Source: an uncultured virus (IMG/VR IMGVR_UViG_3300042387_001477) | Taxonomy: Duplodnaviria > Heunggongvirae > Uroviricota > Caudoviricetes | DNA: 64,000 nucleotides | Reading direction: 5' to 3' (one strand) | IMG/VR virus record: IMGVR_UViG_3300042387_001477 | Shown here: one piece after another, positions 20,797-30,750 of the stretch | How positions within the stretch are numbered: the stretch's first letter is position 1 | Layout of the letters: each line of letters begins with the position of its first letter | Program-made: the position numbers and the translations under genes | Notes under the pieces: model-generated | Told to the model about the DNA's origin: nothing | What the model saw: the letters and a program-made list of their open reading frames with translations, nothing else | The model's database searches: none

Positions 20797-20982
20797 TCAG
20801 TCACTAGCCCTCCATTGTCCTAAGTTAGCTCGCTTAGTTTGAAATTCTTCAACTGCTTTAAGGATACTGGCAGAAGATTCTTTTGCATCTTCCTCATCCC
20901 ATTTATCATCATGTTGACCACTAACGTAGTAGCCATACAAATGATCTTTGATAGTGTCCATTAACTTGTCGTAATGTGTCAT
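20797..20982 (-). CDS. Hypothetical protein
   Basis: Operon packing. Confidence 0.55.
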   Translation of the reverse strand: MTHYDKLMDTIKDHLYGYYVSGQHDDKWDEEDAKESSASILKAVEEFQTKRANLGQWRASD

Positions 20983-20987
20983 AATAG

Positions 20988-21007
20988 AAAAGGGACTAAT
21001 GAGCCCC
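20988..21007 (-). terminator. Possible intrinsic terminator
   Basis: GGGGCT-CATT-AGTCCC-TTTT on the minus strand. Confidence 0.55.
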
Positions 21008-21016
21008 TATAGAAGA

Positions 21017-21199
21017 TTAGTATTCGTAATCATCATAATCTCGGAACGTGGACTCGTTACGATTCCAACGCTTGGTTCCAGAGATTTTGTACTCTCGGAA
21101 ACCTTCATCATATTCAAGATCTTGAAGTGATGCGTTTTGGCGTAGCTCAGAGAGGCTACCGTTAGGATTTTTGTTTCCTTTACGAAATGTGCGTCCCAT
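21017..21199 (-). CDS. Hypothetical protein
   Basis: MGRTFRK start; acidic tail. Confidence 0.6.
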   Translation of the reverse strand: MGRTFRKGNKNPNGSLSELRQNASLQDLEYDEGFREYKISGTKRWNRNESTFRDYDDYEY

Positions 21200-21208
21200 A
21201 GTTAGTAA

Positions 21209-21373
21209 TCAGTCTGCGTAATCGAAAGTGTAATCGTAGTCGTAGTCGTTGGCGAAGTCATCATAGGACTCTTCTTCATACTTGTCAAGTCCCCTCTTGC
21301 GATAAATTTCATCAAGTCTGATGTCATCACGAATCTGATCCAGAATAGATCCTCGGTAACTTAAATAAGCCAT
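21209..21373 (-). CDS. Small acidic hypothetical protein
   Basis: Start moved to MAYLSYRG; the track TTG start is the -35 box. Confidence 0.6.
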   Translation of the reverse strand: MAYLSYRGSILDQIRDDIRLDEIYRKRGLDKYEEESYDDFANDYDYDYTFDYAD

Positions 21374-21398
21374 GGACGAATCCTCGTTTAACTGTAAT

Positions 21399-21427
21399 AA
21401 TATATATGAGGTTTCTGGATTTGTCAA
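21399..21427 (-). promoter_or_regulatory. sigma70-type promoter
   Basis: TTGACA-N17-TATATT. Confidence 0.75.
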
Positions 21428-21711
21428 GAGGTTCGGAAATCAGTAAAACTTATGATTCCAATAAATGTAAGTTTTCTTTCAAATCAGTGTCTGAAAGATG
21501 TATAATCAGAATTAACTGATTTACAATCTTTTGTAGAGAGTTGACTCTAACCTCTAGGGTTTCTATTCGGTCTGCCAACTCTGACATGCTCCTATCCATT
21601 CGTCAAACTCCTCACCAATTGAAATTGCATCCTCATAACGACCTTCTTCAATGAGTTGTTGAAAACGATCACAGCGTTCTTTTAGAATTTTGTCAAACAT
21701 TTTGTTTTCGT

Positions 21712-21981
21712 TCATGATACTTTACCCCATTTGCCAATTGGACAAGAGCCAGATTTTAGTCTAGTCTTTGCACTCATAAAGCAACCACAGCGACGACATT
21801 GTGTAGTTTTGGTATTGAAGTCTTCACAAGATCTACAGGTAGACATTCGAGCCTCCTGCACTGCTGATTCTACAAAGATGTTGTTGCCCTTGGCAATCTC
21901 TCCGAAAGAATCTGTAACAGTTTCAGATAGGTTCTTAAGTCTACCCATTAGTTCGTTTTTAATATCGTTGGGATTTGACAT
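21712..21981 (-). CDS. Small Cys-cluster protein (DUF6171-like)
   Basis: R...CxxC...CxxCGCFM..KT.L....CP.GKW. Confidence 0.75.
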   Translation of the reverse strand: MSNPNDIKNELMGRLKNLSETVTDSFGEIAKGNNIFVESAVQEARMSTCRSCEDFNTKTTQCRRCGCFMSAKTRLKSGSCPIGKWGKVS

Positions 21982-22196
21982 TATGCAAGAGCTTCAGCTA
22001 CTACTTCTGTATCTGCAGTTGGCTCATCCAGCTCTTCTTCTGGATTAAGAAGAGTTAAACCTTCAATAGCTCCTTGAAGTTTAACATAGAGTTCCTTTTT
22101 CTGTGCCAGTTCTGTATCAAGCTTACGGATATCTTCCATAGTTTGTGCTTGTTGAGTCTTGAAATTTTCAAGAAGTTGTTCAGGTGTCATGGTCAT
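21981..22196 (-). CDS. Small coiled-coil protein
   Basis: KLQGAIE heptad; translational coupling to the downstream gene. Confidence 0.7.
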   Translation of the reverse strand: MTMTPEQLLENFKTQQAQTMEDIRKLDTELAQKKELYVKLQGAIEGLTLLNPEEELDEPTADTEVVAEALA

Positions 22197-22223
22197 TTGA
22201 TTTACCTAGAATCGTGAAGGTGT

Positions 22224-22252
22224 ATCGTAACATATTTAGCTGGTTTTGTCAA
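22224..22252 (-). promoter_or_regulatory. sigma70-type promoter with an embedded late box
   Basis: TTGACA-N17-TACGAT; CTAAATA inside the spacer. Confidence 0.7.
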
Positions 22253-22257
22253 GGGGG

Positions 22258-22286
22258 TTGACAAGACCCATGAAACCCTGTATAAT
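22258..22286 (+). promoter_or_regulatory. Perfect-consensus sigma70 promoter
   Basis: TTGACA-N17-TATAAT upstream of the only plus-strand gene. Confidence 0.85.
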
Positions 22287-22342
22287 AACTCTGTCAGGGT
22301 TCAGAACTAATATATAGTATTAAATAGTATTACTACGGTTAT

Positions 22343-22924
22343 ATGAGTGATTTTACAAAGAAAGGTTGGTATTACCTTCCAGCAATTATTACCAAAGAAG
22401 AAGCTATACAAATTAAATATGCAAATCTATCTGGAGCAATTAGAGATCTTGGTGGATTAAAACCTTATTTTGACCCAGAAAGAGGACACGTATTAACTTG
22501 TTACGCTCCTCCAGCATGTGCATTTGTAATGAAAAGAATACAACCAGTGTTAGAAGAACTTTTAGGAGAAGAACTTATTCCTGCTTATTGGTTCTCTACA
22601 ACTTATCACAATAGAGGATGGATGAATTGTCATACCGATAGACCATCATGTGAAATATCAGTTACGATGAATATTTGTGGTGATACTGCTTGGCCAATTA
22701 AACTTAAAGATTTAGAAGGAAATAAACAATCAGTTGTAACTCCTACTGGAGATGGCGTAGCATACTTAGGGACAATTGTACCTCACTGGAGAAGTCCATT
22801 GAGAACGCATGAACATGATAGATTTATGCAATTATTTCTTCATTTTGTGAGAAAGAATGGTCAATATGCAGACTATGCATATGATAAAAATCAAAAGTGT
22901 TATGACTTATTGACTAGGATTTAA
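22343..22924 (+). CDS. 2OG-Fe(II) oxygenase-like protein
   Basis: HTDRPSCEISVT (HxD) ... HWR ... QLFLHFV. Confidence 0.8.
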   Translation: MSDFTKKGWYYLPAIITKEEAIQIKYANLSGAIRDLGGLKPYFDPERGHVLTCYAPPACAFVMKRIQPVLEELLGEELIPAYWFSTTYHNRGWMNCHTDRPSCEISVTMNICGDTAWPIKLKDLEGNKQSVVTPTGDGVAYLGTIVPHWRSPLRTHEHDRFMQLFLHFVRKNGQYADYAYDKNQKCYDLLTRI

Positions 22925-23580
22925 TAAACCTCTATACCATACTTGTCAGCAATTTCTTTATCAATTTCTTCTTTTGTCTTAAATCCTTTTACTCTCATCC
23001 AGGTAACAAGACTATAACGATTACCTGAAATTACTGGTTCTACCATATGAGTATACCATCTAGAAGATGGAAAACATAAAAGTAATCCTGGTTCAGGTTT
23101 TACTTTAATTCTTAAATCAGGAAAAGAGAAATATCCACCTTCAAAATCATCATTCAAAAATAATACAGTGGATATATCTCTATCTATTGTTTTTTTCCAT
23201 ATTTGTGTACCATCGGGATTTGTCCACAAACCTTCTGCATCGTTGTGAGGTTTATAGTGTCCTCCTGGACTATAACAAAGTAACTGAGGTTCTTCACTAT
23301 CCCGTATTTCAAATTTATAAAATGGATTGATTACATTTTTTACGATGTTATCAAGTAAATCTTTCACTTGAGGATAGACTGGAAGCAAATCAGCGCACTC
23401 GACATTTCTAACTGACTTATCTATTTTTGATTCTCTTTGCCTTGTTATATCACTTCTTTCAGCATCAAAAACAGACATTTGTTCTTTATGAGATTTTTTC
23501 ATATGATCGGTTAAAAATTTCAACCCTTCTGGAGTGACTACTTTAGGTTGAATCAAAACATTAGCAAGAATATCATTCAT
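22921..23580 (-). CDS. Prolyl-4-hydroxylase-like 2OG-Fe(II) oxygenase
   Basis: Y..GGHYKPHND, LFLNDDFEGG, FPS..YTHMVEPVISGNRYSLVTW. Confidence 0.88.
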   Translation of the reverse strand: MNDILANVLIQPKVVTPEGLKFLTDHMKKSHKEQMSVFDAERSDITRQRESKIDKSVRNVECADLLPVYPQVKDLLDNIVKNVINPFYKFEIRDSEEPQLLCYSPGGHYKPHNDAEGLWTNPDGTQIWKKTIDRDISTVLFLNDDFEGGYFSFPDLRIKVKPEPGLLLCFPSSRWYTHMVEPVISGNRYSLVTWMRVKGFKTKEEIDKEIADKYGIEVY

Positions 23581-23602
23581 AATAGAATTGTATATGTAAT
23601 TT

Positions 23603-23609
23603 TATTTAG
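23603..23609 (-). promoter_or_regulatory. Candidate T4-type late promoter box
   Basis: CTAAATA about 22 nt upstream of the oxygenase start; overlaps the preceding stop codon. Confidence 0.45.
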
Positions 23610-25438
23610 TTTGAGTTTGAAACTACACCACGCTGTCCACCTGATGCGGGCAAATTATTTCCAGGATCACTTACATTTTCTGTGGAAAAATCAAGTCGTG
23701 TGATGGTGTTTATATTTGGATTTCCACCACCATAATATCCATAAAAACTACTTGAGGTTGCTCCTACGCTATTTCTTGCTGTTGGTAAATTTTTTCCAGG
23801 ATTGCTTACAGTTTCATTTGAGAAATCAAGTCTTGTGATTGTATTAATCACAGGGGGAGCATAACCACCACCAAAATATCCATAAGAATTATTTGAAAAT
23901 GATCCTATATTCTGTCTTGCTGTTGGTAAATTTTTTCCAGGATTGCTTACAGTTTCATTTGAGAAATCGAGTCTTGTGATGGTACTTAAAAATCCCGGAG
24001 CATTACCACCAACAAAGTAACCATAAGAATTGTTTGAAGTTGCTGTTAAATTTCCTCTTACCGTTGATAAATTATTTCCAGAGTTACTTGCAGTTTCATT
24101 GGAGAAATCAAGTCTTGTGACTGTATTAATTCTTGTTGAAGGATTGTATCCTCCCCCAAAATAACCATAAGAATTACTTGAGGTTGAACCCATACTCCAG
24201 GCTATTATTGGTAAATTTTTTCCAGGATTGCCTAAAGTTTCATTAGAGAAATCTAATCTCTGTATTAGACTTAAACCATTTCCACCTACAAAATATCCAT
24301 AATAATTATTTGATACTGCTCCTAAATCAAATGTTCCCGTTCCCAAATTTTTTCCTGGATTACTTACAGTTTCATTGGAGAAATCAAGTCTTGATATTGT
24401 ATTTACAGAGGGAAATCTGCCAGCAAAGTATCCAAAAGTCTTAGAACCACGATAAACTGATGCTCCACCGGAAAGTGACATTGATTGACTTATACTTTCG
24501 GGTAAACTAACCGCAAGATTACTTGTAGTTTCATTGGATAAATTAAATCTTGTTATTGTACTAATACGTCCTGTTGTAAATCCACCGCCAATATATCCAA
24601 AAGAACTATTTGAAACTGCGGTCATAACATTTCTTGCTTCCGGAAGATTACTTCCAGGAGCACTTAAAGTTTCATTTGAAAAGTCAAGTCTTGAGACTGT
24701 ACTAATTCTGCCACTTGCCGGAAAATTCCATCCACCACAAAAATATCCAAAAGAATTTCCAGATATTCCCTGAGTACCATAGATGTTCGCAGGTAAATTT
24801 CTTCCAGGATTACTTATATTTTCATTTGAAAAATCAAATCTTGTGATTGTACTATATGCTGTAAAAATTGATGGTTCGCTTAGCCATCCTCCAGCAAGAT
24901 AACCATATAAATCAGTTGAAACTGTTGCCGCATCAGTTCTAGTTGCTGGAAGATTTTTTCCAGGAGCAGATATAGTTTCACTGAGAAAATCAAGTCTATG
25001 GACTGTACTAATTGTGGTTGGCTGGCCATTTCCGCCAAAAAAGTATCCATAGGATTTACTAGAAATCCCTGGACTAGCTAATGTCATTGGCAAATTCTTT
25101 CCTGGAAGACTTATAGTTTCATTAGAAAAATCAAATCTTGTGATGGTGGAAACGCTTCCGCCATCAATTCCGCCTCCACCAAAATACCCAAAAGAAATAC
25201 TTCTTACTGTTCCAGTACTATTAAATGCCACAGGTAAATTTTTTCCAGGAAGACTTACAATTTCACTAAAAAAATCAAGTCTTGTAATTGTGCTGATAGT
25301 TGATATAGGTGAAATGCCACCGCAAAAATATCCATAAGTTGCACTTTCAGGCCAACTTACAAGGTTATTTGATTCTATATTTTGTACTTGTTTTTCATAA
25401 ACAGAATTTAATCCAAAAGTGTCTCCTATAACAGGCAT
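23606..25438 (-). CDS. Kelch-like beta-propeller repeat protein C (12 repeats)
   Basis: 12 repeats of about 47 aa, YGYFxGG...TITRLDFSNETVSNPGKNLP. Confidence 0.85.
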   Translation of the reverse strand: MPVIGDTFGLNSVYEKQVQNIESNNLVSWPESATYGYFCGGISPISTISTITRLDFFSEIVSLPGKNLPVAFNSTGTVRSISFGYFGGGGIDGGSVSTITRFDFSNETISLPGKNLPMTLASPGISSKSYGYFFGGNGQPTTISTVHRLDFLSETISAPGKNLPATRTDAATVSTDLYGYLAGGWLSEPSIFTAYSTITRFDFSNENISNPGRNLPANIYGTQGISGNSFGYFCGGWNFPASGRISTVSRLDFSNETLSAPGSNLPEARNVMTAVSNSSFGYIGGGFTTGRISTITRFNLSNETTSNLAVSLPESISQSMSLSGGASVYRGSKTFGYFAGRFPSVNTISRLDFSNETVSNPGKNLGTGTFDLGAVSNNYYGYFVGGNGLSLIQRLDFSNETLGNPGKNLPIIAWSMGSTSSNSYGYFGGGYNPSTRINTVTRLDFSNETASNSGNNLSTVRGNLTATSNNSYGYFVGGNAPGFLSTITRLDFSNETVSNPGKNLPTARQNIGSFSNNSYGYFGGGYAPPVINTITRLDFSNETVSNPGKNLPTARNSVGATSSSFYGYYGGGNPNINTITRLDFSTENVSDPGNNLPASGGQRGVVSNSN

Positions 25439-25443
25439 CGGAT

Positions 25444-26283
25444 TTACTCTACTCTAAGGTCTGGGTTAAATAATGACTCGGGAATTTGTTTCTGTGTTTG
25501 CTCTTCAACACCACGAAGAAGTTGTTGATCCATACCTGTAATTTCTTCAATACCAGAAGCAACTGCTTGCTGAAGACTATTCAGAAAATCCATAGGATTA
25601 TTTGGATCTCCAAAACTTCCCTTGGTGCGATTTACATCATCAGGTAATACTGTAGGAGCACTTGCTCTTCTCATAGAACGAATATTACCAGCATTTACAC
25701 CAGTTCTTGCAGCGAGTAAATCATCCAGAGATTGATTTGCAAGTCTGCGCTCCCAGTAGTTTGGTTGGTCTTCATTATATTGGTCTCTTGAAACCAATTT
25801 GCCACCATTCAGTTCAATCAAACGATTAATGAGTTTGTCGAAGCATTCGAGTTCTTCAACCGCTGCTTTAAAACCACGGTTCAATCCTTCAAGCATACGA
25901 TGAAAATGAAACTCATCAACATCATACCAGGAAAGTTCTTCTCCACCTTGACGTGTCTTCCACCAGATGGGTTGTGTTTTATCTTTTCCATCCCACTTGT
26001 AGTGAAATTCTCTTGCGGATCTTTTTGCTTCAATGACTTGTTGTAGAAGTCCTTCGGCTACACTTCTACGATTAATCAGTGCAGCTTTAAATGCTGATGG
26101 GATTGTGAAATTGTCGTGAATAATAAACTTCTCAATCTGAAAATCTGAACGACCTTGTGCAAGTTCAGTTTCACTTTCTTCCCAACGAGTTGCCTCTTGA
26201 AGAACTTTTAACATAAACTCATTACTATCATCTAAAACTTCTTTAGATGTTGCAAGTGCAATTGCTTCATAATTGTTAGACAT
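25444..26283 (-). CDS. Hypothetical helical protein of the propeller cluster
   Basis: RSDFQIEKFI ... YWERRLANQ...GVNAGNIRSM; GATAAATA box upstream. Confidence 0.75.
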   Translation of the reverse strand: MSNNYEAIALATSKEVLDDSNEFMLKVLQEATRWEESETELAQGRSDFQIEKFIIHDNFTIPSAFKAALINRRSVAEGLLQQVIEAKRSAREFHYKWDGKDKTQPIWWKTRQGGEELSWYDVDEFHFHRMLEGLNRGFKAAVEELECFDKLINRLIELNGGKLVSRDQYNEDQPNYWERRLANQSLDDLLAARTGVNAGNIRSMRRASAPTVLPDDVNRTKGSFGDPNNPMDFLNSLQQAVASGIEEITGMDQQLLRGVEEQTQKQIPESLFNPDLRVE

Positions 26284-26313
26284 ACTTATTCAATCTTTTA
26301 ATAGTGTTATTGT

Positions 26314-26321
26314 TATTTATC
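26314..26321 (-). promoter_or_regulatory. Candidate T4-type late promoter box
   Basis: GATAAATA 30 nt upstream of the start at 26283. Confidence 0.5.
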
Positions 26322-28023
26322 AAGAATATCTTTGAGTTACTGCAAGAGATAATCTTGAATTTGCAATTTCTTTACCCCACTTTTTACAAAAATGCAGGTA
26401 TAATTGTTCTGTTCTTTTATCTTTTTCTTCTACTGTCTCATGATCTAATGTTCTATGAGAAAAATGTAGAAGATATGAACCACGATTAAACTTAGTTTCA
26501 ATACCAAGTTGTTCTGCTCTTAAGGTATAATCAATATCTTCTCCACCACCAAGTCCAAACTCTTCATCCAGCAGACCAACCTTTGAACTCACTTCATGAG
26601 GAACATAGAAACAATAGAATGCTTTGATTAAATTTGTAGGAATATCTTGGTTGTTTGTTGTAATATGTTGTGCTAACTCATTCAATTGATCTTCTTTTCC
26701 AACAAACTCTTCAAGTTGCATTTCTGGTTTTAGTCCACCAACCTGTAGATGTTGATTGCATAATGGAATTGAAATACTACTAGAGTCACCAAGATTGTGA
26801 TTCCAATTTTTTGTAAATGCAATATCATTATTCAGTCCAACAAAATCAGCACCATCGATAAGTGCTTGTTTGAGAATAAAGTTCATATTCTCTGCAAATG
26901 ACTTTGGTGATGAGTTTGAAATGATTGTTACATTCTCATAGTCTTGAGTAAATGTTTTATCATTATCAATCAAGAAGAACTTATCATTTGAATTGAAAAT
27001 ACTATTTCTGAAGAATGTATCTAAAGCAAGGTGAGTATACTTTTCAGAACACTTTATATTCACCATACAGTAATACTTTGGGCGACTTACTGTTTGAGAC
27101 TGAATATTATTAATGAGGTTTTTCCATACTACTGCAATTTTCTTCCAATCATAAGTTTCTTTGGTGATACAAGAAAGTTCTTTCGTTGCATTATAAAAAG
27201 TTTCTGGTTCTTTATCAAAAAACTCAAAACATCTTGAAAGTTCTTGCGCGAATTCATTGATAAACTTGGGAGATGGCTCCCAACCAACCGAAGTATTTTT
27301 TCCATCCATTGGAATGTACTTACCACGATTGAATGAAATTTCACTTAATGCTCCTATATCACTGGTAATTGGATAACACCCACAAACCATTGCCTCTGCT
27401 AGAGACACGCAGAAGGTCTCTTCCCAGACATTAGGATGTACGAAGAATGCAGCATCTTGGATATGAGGTAGTAGTGTTTCACGGTCAATACAAGGAGAAT
27501 ACTCAACACCAGGAAGAGACTTTAATTCTTCAATTGCCTCTAAGTGTTCTGGAATCTTAAAGTGTTGTTCGTATTGTTCTCCATAAAGATTATGAGAAGA
27601 AAATACTTTTAACTTTGCATCTGGGTGATTTTGAATCACCTGCCTCCAAATTTTTGGAAGTGGTACAATACCCTTGTGTGGCCCAGAGAAATAGATTGCT
27701 GTCTTTGATTTTGGGGATTTAAGATTGAAAATATCTGCAACACCATTTGGAATGACTACAATTTTGTCTTCCGGTGCTCGCTTATATTTGATATATTGCT
27801 CTGCTTCCCAGTTTGATACGCAGACAATCTTATCAATCTGCGATACAAGTTCTGGAAGTCTTAAGAGTTGTGGTTGGTCACAGTTATCATGCGCCCAGAG
27901 AATTTTATATTGTTTATCTGATTGTGCTAAGACTTCTATACTTCTTGAAACTTCAACATTATTTGGAAATTGATAATGTTGATTTAGGTAATAAAAAGAA
28001 CTTTCAGTTGCTCCAGATTTCAT
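26320..28023 (-). CDS. Bifunctional glycosyltransferase (GT-B/GT4-like plus GT-A/GT2-like)
   Basis: WAHD, VSNW, IPNG, EETFCVSLAEAM (Ex7E); C-terminal half has LNNDI and GGEDIDY. Confidence 0.85.
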   Translation of the reverse strand: MKSGATESSFYYLNQHYQFPNNVEVSRSIEVLAQSDKQYKILWAHDNCDQPQLLRLPELVSQIDKIVCVSNWEAEQYIKYKRAPEDKIVVIPNGVADIFNLKSPKSKTAIYFSGPHKGIVPLPKIWRQVIQNHPDAKLKVFSSHNLYGEQYEQHFKIPEHLEAIEELKSLPGVEYSPCIDRETLLPHIQDAAFFVHPNVWEETFCVSLAEAMVCGCYPITSDIGALSEISFNRGKYIPMDGKNTSVGWEPSPKFINEFAQELSRCFEFFDKEPETFYNATKELSCITKETYDWKKIAVVWKNLINNIQSQTVSRPKYYCMVNIKCSEKYTHLALDTFFRNSIFNSNDKFFLIDNDKTFTQDYENVTIISNSSPKSFAENMNFILKQALIDGADFVGLNNDIAFTKNWNHNLGDSSSISIPLCNQHLQVGGLKPEMQLEEFVGKEDQLNELAQHITTNNQDIPTNLIKAFYCFYVPHEVSSKVGLLDEEFGLGGGEDIDYTLRAEQLGIETKFNRGSYLLHFSHRTLDHETVEEKDKRTEQLYLHFCKKWGKEIANSRLSLAVTQRYS

Positions 28024-28044
28024 ATCAAAATGATGTAGGTATTT

Positions 28045-28051
28045 TATTTAG
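28045..28051 (-). promoter_or_regulatory. Candidate T4-type late promoter box
   Basis: CTAAATA about 21 nt upstream of the glycosyltransferase start. Confidence 0.45.
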
Positions 28052-29919
28052 TGTGTGTTTGAGTTTGCCAGTGAATTTACTGAAAATTTTGTTATGGAAA
28101 AATTATTTGCTAGATCATTTAAATTTTCTGTGATAAAATCAATTCTTGTGATAGTGCTGAGGTTCGCTGAGGTTGGTGGATTGCTTCCACCAGCAAAATA
28201 TCCATAATAACTACTTAGTGTTCCTCTTATATTAGATCTTGGTATTGTGAAATTTTTGCCAGGAAGACTTAAATTTTCTGTGGAAAAATCAAGTCTTGTA
28301 ATGGTACTGATTGGTGGTGCAAATCCACCCGCAATATAACCATATAAATTAGTAGAAACTGAGCCTTGACCTGTTGCGGCCAGTGGTAAATTTTTTCCTG
28401 GACTACTTACAGTTTCGTTAGAAAAGTCAAGTCTAAAAACATTAGATGTTCTACCAGTAGGAATATCACCGCCACAAATATAACTATAAGATGTATTTGC
28501 AACTGTTGCCGCAGAATATCTTACTCCAGGTAAATTTTTTCCCGGAAGACTTACATTTTCGGTTGAAAAATCTATTCTTCTGATTAAAGAAGTAAACCAT
28601 ACTGGTGGTGTCACCCCAGTATATCCACCAATTATATATCCATAAGAACTTGATGAAGTCCCTGTTACATTACCAGTTTGCATAGGTAAATTTTTTCCAG
28701 TGATAGTTACAGTTTCATTAACAAAATCAAGTCTTTGCACTACAGAAGTAAACAAACTTGGCCGATTTCCTCCACATATATAACCATAATTATTAGATGC
28801 TACCGTTGCTGAGTTACCACAATTTACTAGAAGATTTTTTCCGGGGTCACTTAATGTTTCATTAGAAAAATCAAGTCTATTGATTGTAGAAATTGCTGAA
28901 GGAACCGGATCATTACCTCCAGCAAAATATCCATAAGTTTTAGAACCACGATAAAATGATGTCCCACCAGACATTGAATATAGTCCATGATTATTTTGTG
29001 GAAGATTGTTAGCTAAATTAGTTGTACTTCCTGTCCCAAAATCAAGTCTAGTTATAGTACTTACAAATGAATATGGAGGTGAGAAAAATCCACCAGCAAA
29101 ATATCCATATGAGTCAGTGTTAACTGTTGAAGGAGATGCTCTAGAAATACCTGCTAGTGTGCTAGGATTATTACTTATGGTTTCGGTGTCAAACTGCAAT
29201 CTTGTAATAGTATTATATACTAAAGCTGGTGGCCAAGTATAACCACCTCCAAAATATCCATATAATTTACTAGAAACTCCACCAAAAGAATCTCTAGTAT
29301 TAGGTAACCTATTTACTGGAGTAGTTATATTTTCTGTCGAAAAATCAAGTCTTGCAATTAAACTTGTTACCGCACCACCCCCCACATAACCATATAGATT
29401 ATTTGACACAGTTGCAATCCCTGCCCTTCCAAAAGGCAAAGGTTTTCCAGGGTTACTTACATTTTCACTAGAGAAATCAAGTCTTTGTATTGTACTATCA
29501 AAACCTGGAGTAAACCCACCAATAAAATATCCATATGAAATGCTAGAAACACCACCAAGTAATCTAGATCCAAGAAATAAATTTTTTCCTGGACTACTAA
29601 AAGTTTCATTAGAAAAGTCAAGTCTTGTGACTACAGACACTCCACCTGAACCAAAACTACCTCCACCAAAATATCCATATAAATTTGAAGTTGCTGTTGC
29701 ACCTCTTGATATTGCTGAAGGTAAATTTCTTCCAGGGGCACTTAATGTTTCATTGAAAAAATCAAGTCTATTAAAATTGGATGATACACTAGGCGTGCCA
29801 GCAATATATCCACCTCCAAAATATCCATAACTAGCACTTTCGGGCCAACTAATGAAGTTATTATTTTCAATATTTTTTACTTGTTCTACCTTAACTTCGT
29901 TGAGTGAAAATACTGCCAT
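28048..29919 (-). CDS. Kelch-like beta-propeller repeat protein B (12 repeats)
   Basis: Same repeat; shared N-terminal ...NNFISWPESA and mid-protein YRGSKT linker. Confidence 0.85.
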   Translation of the reverse strand: MAVFSLNEVKVEQVKNIENNNFISWPESASYGYFGGGYIAGTPSVSSNFNRLDFFNETLSAPGRNLPSAISRGATATSNLYGYFGGGSFGSGGVSVVTRLDFSNETFSSPGKNLFLGSRLLGGVSSISYGYFIGGFTPGFDSTIQRLDFSSENVSNPGKPLPFGRAGIATVSNNLYGYVGGGAVTSLIARLDFSTENITTPVNRLPNTRDSFGGVSSKLYGYFGGGYTWPPALVYNTITRLQFDTETISNNPSTLAGISRASPSTVNTDSYGYFAGGFFSPPYSFVSTITRLDFGTGSTTNLANNLPQNNHGLYSMSGGTSFYRGSKTYGYFAGGNDPVPSAISTINRLDFSNETLSDPGKNLLVNCGNSATVASNNYGYICGGNRPSLFTSVVQRLDFVNETVTITGKNLPMQTGNVTGTSSSSYGYIIGGYTGVTPPVWFTSLIRRIDFSTENVSLPGKNLPGVRYSAATVANTSYSYICGGDIPTGRTSNVFRLDFSNETVSSPGKNLPLAATGQGSVSTNLYGYIAGGFAPPISTITRLDFSTENLSLPGKNFTIPRSNIRGTLSSYYGYFAGGSNPPTSANLSTITRIDFITENLNDLANNFSITKFSVNSLANSNTH

Positions 29920-30746
29920 TAGAGTCCAAAAATAGAATATCTTTGAGTTCTTGATTTCCAGAACTCCATATAATTATATTTATCAATCACATACTCACTT
30001 AAGAACTTTGTATTATCACGATGTATTTTTTCAACCTTATTTCTGACAGTGTGCATATTCTCTAAACCATAAACCTCATCATTCTCATCATATTTTGGTT
30101 TTATATTTTCAAAACTGTGAGTAAATCTTGAAAGTTCCAAAAAATCATAAATGCGATTAAGTTCTTGGTGTGGTTTATTTACCAGATTATCGTATTCAAC
30201 TAATAACAAATATTTATTGTTACCTTTACGAAATGCTTCTGAAAGTGCATGACATGATTGTCCGATAATCCCTTGTGGAGACATTAGGTAGTCTGCACGA
30301 TTATCATTATTAATCTCTATGCCATTAGCAATAAGTGCTTCGTCAATAAAAGAAGTTGATTTTGAATGATAAACAAGATTTAGAAATGAGGAAATAATAT
30401 CTTGAATATCTCTGACTGGACATATAATCTTTGGTTCTTTTGTAATATAATCTTGAATGTGTTGAATTTCATTAACCCAACCTCTGGATTTATCTATAAT
30501 AATGTCTTGTGGGATATTGAAGTAATAGTTATCAGGTATTGATGATAAGACCTTATGTGCTCCTTCTGGATTTGGTGTTGCTTTGTATTGTTCTGATTGA
30601 TATAAAAGATACTCTTCTGTGTAGTGTATTGTATCTAAAAGTGGAGAGTTTGTAGATGCATGTACTTCTGGATTTTGATTGAGTAATGCTGTCAGTAAGG
30701 TAGAACCTGAACGTGGAAGTCCAGACATAAAATAAAAAGTTTTCAT
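29919..30746 (-). CDS. PAPS-dependent sulfotransferase
   Basis: SGLPRSGSTLL (5'-PSB), DKSR.W, RD...IISS (3'-PB), VEYDNLV. Confidence 0.88.
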   Translation of the reverse strand: MKTFYFMSGLPRSGSTLLTALLNQNPEVHASTNSPLLDTIHYTEEYLLYQSEQYKATPNPEGAHKVLSSIPDNYYFNIPQDIIIDKSRGWVNEIQHIQDYITKEPKIICPVRDIQDIISSFLNLVYHSKSTSFIDEALIANGIEINNDNRADYLMSPQGIIGQSCHALSEAFRKGNNKYLLLVEYDNLVNKPHQELNRIYDFLELSRFTHSFENIKPKYDENDEVYGLENMHTVRNKVEKIHRDNTKFLSEYVIDKYNYMEFWKSRTQRYSIFGL

Positions 30747-30750
30747 AATA

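Noticed and set aside
21374..21427. TTG-start N-terminal extension of ORF 21209-21427 (similarly the extension 3018-3089 of the helicase)
   Set aside because: These extensions coincide with TTGACA-N17 promoter elements, so downstream ATGs are more plausible
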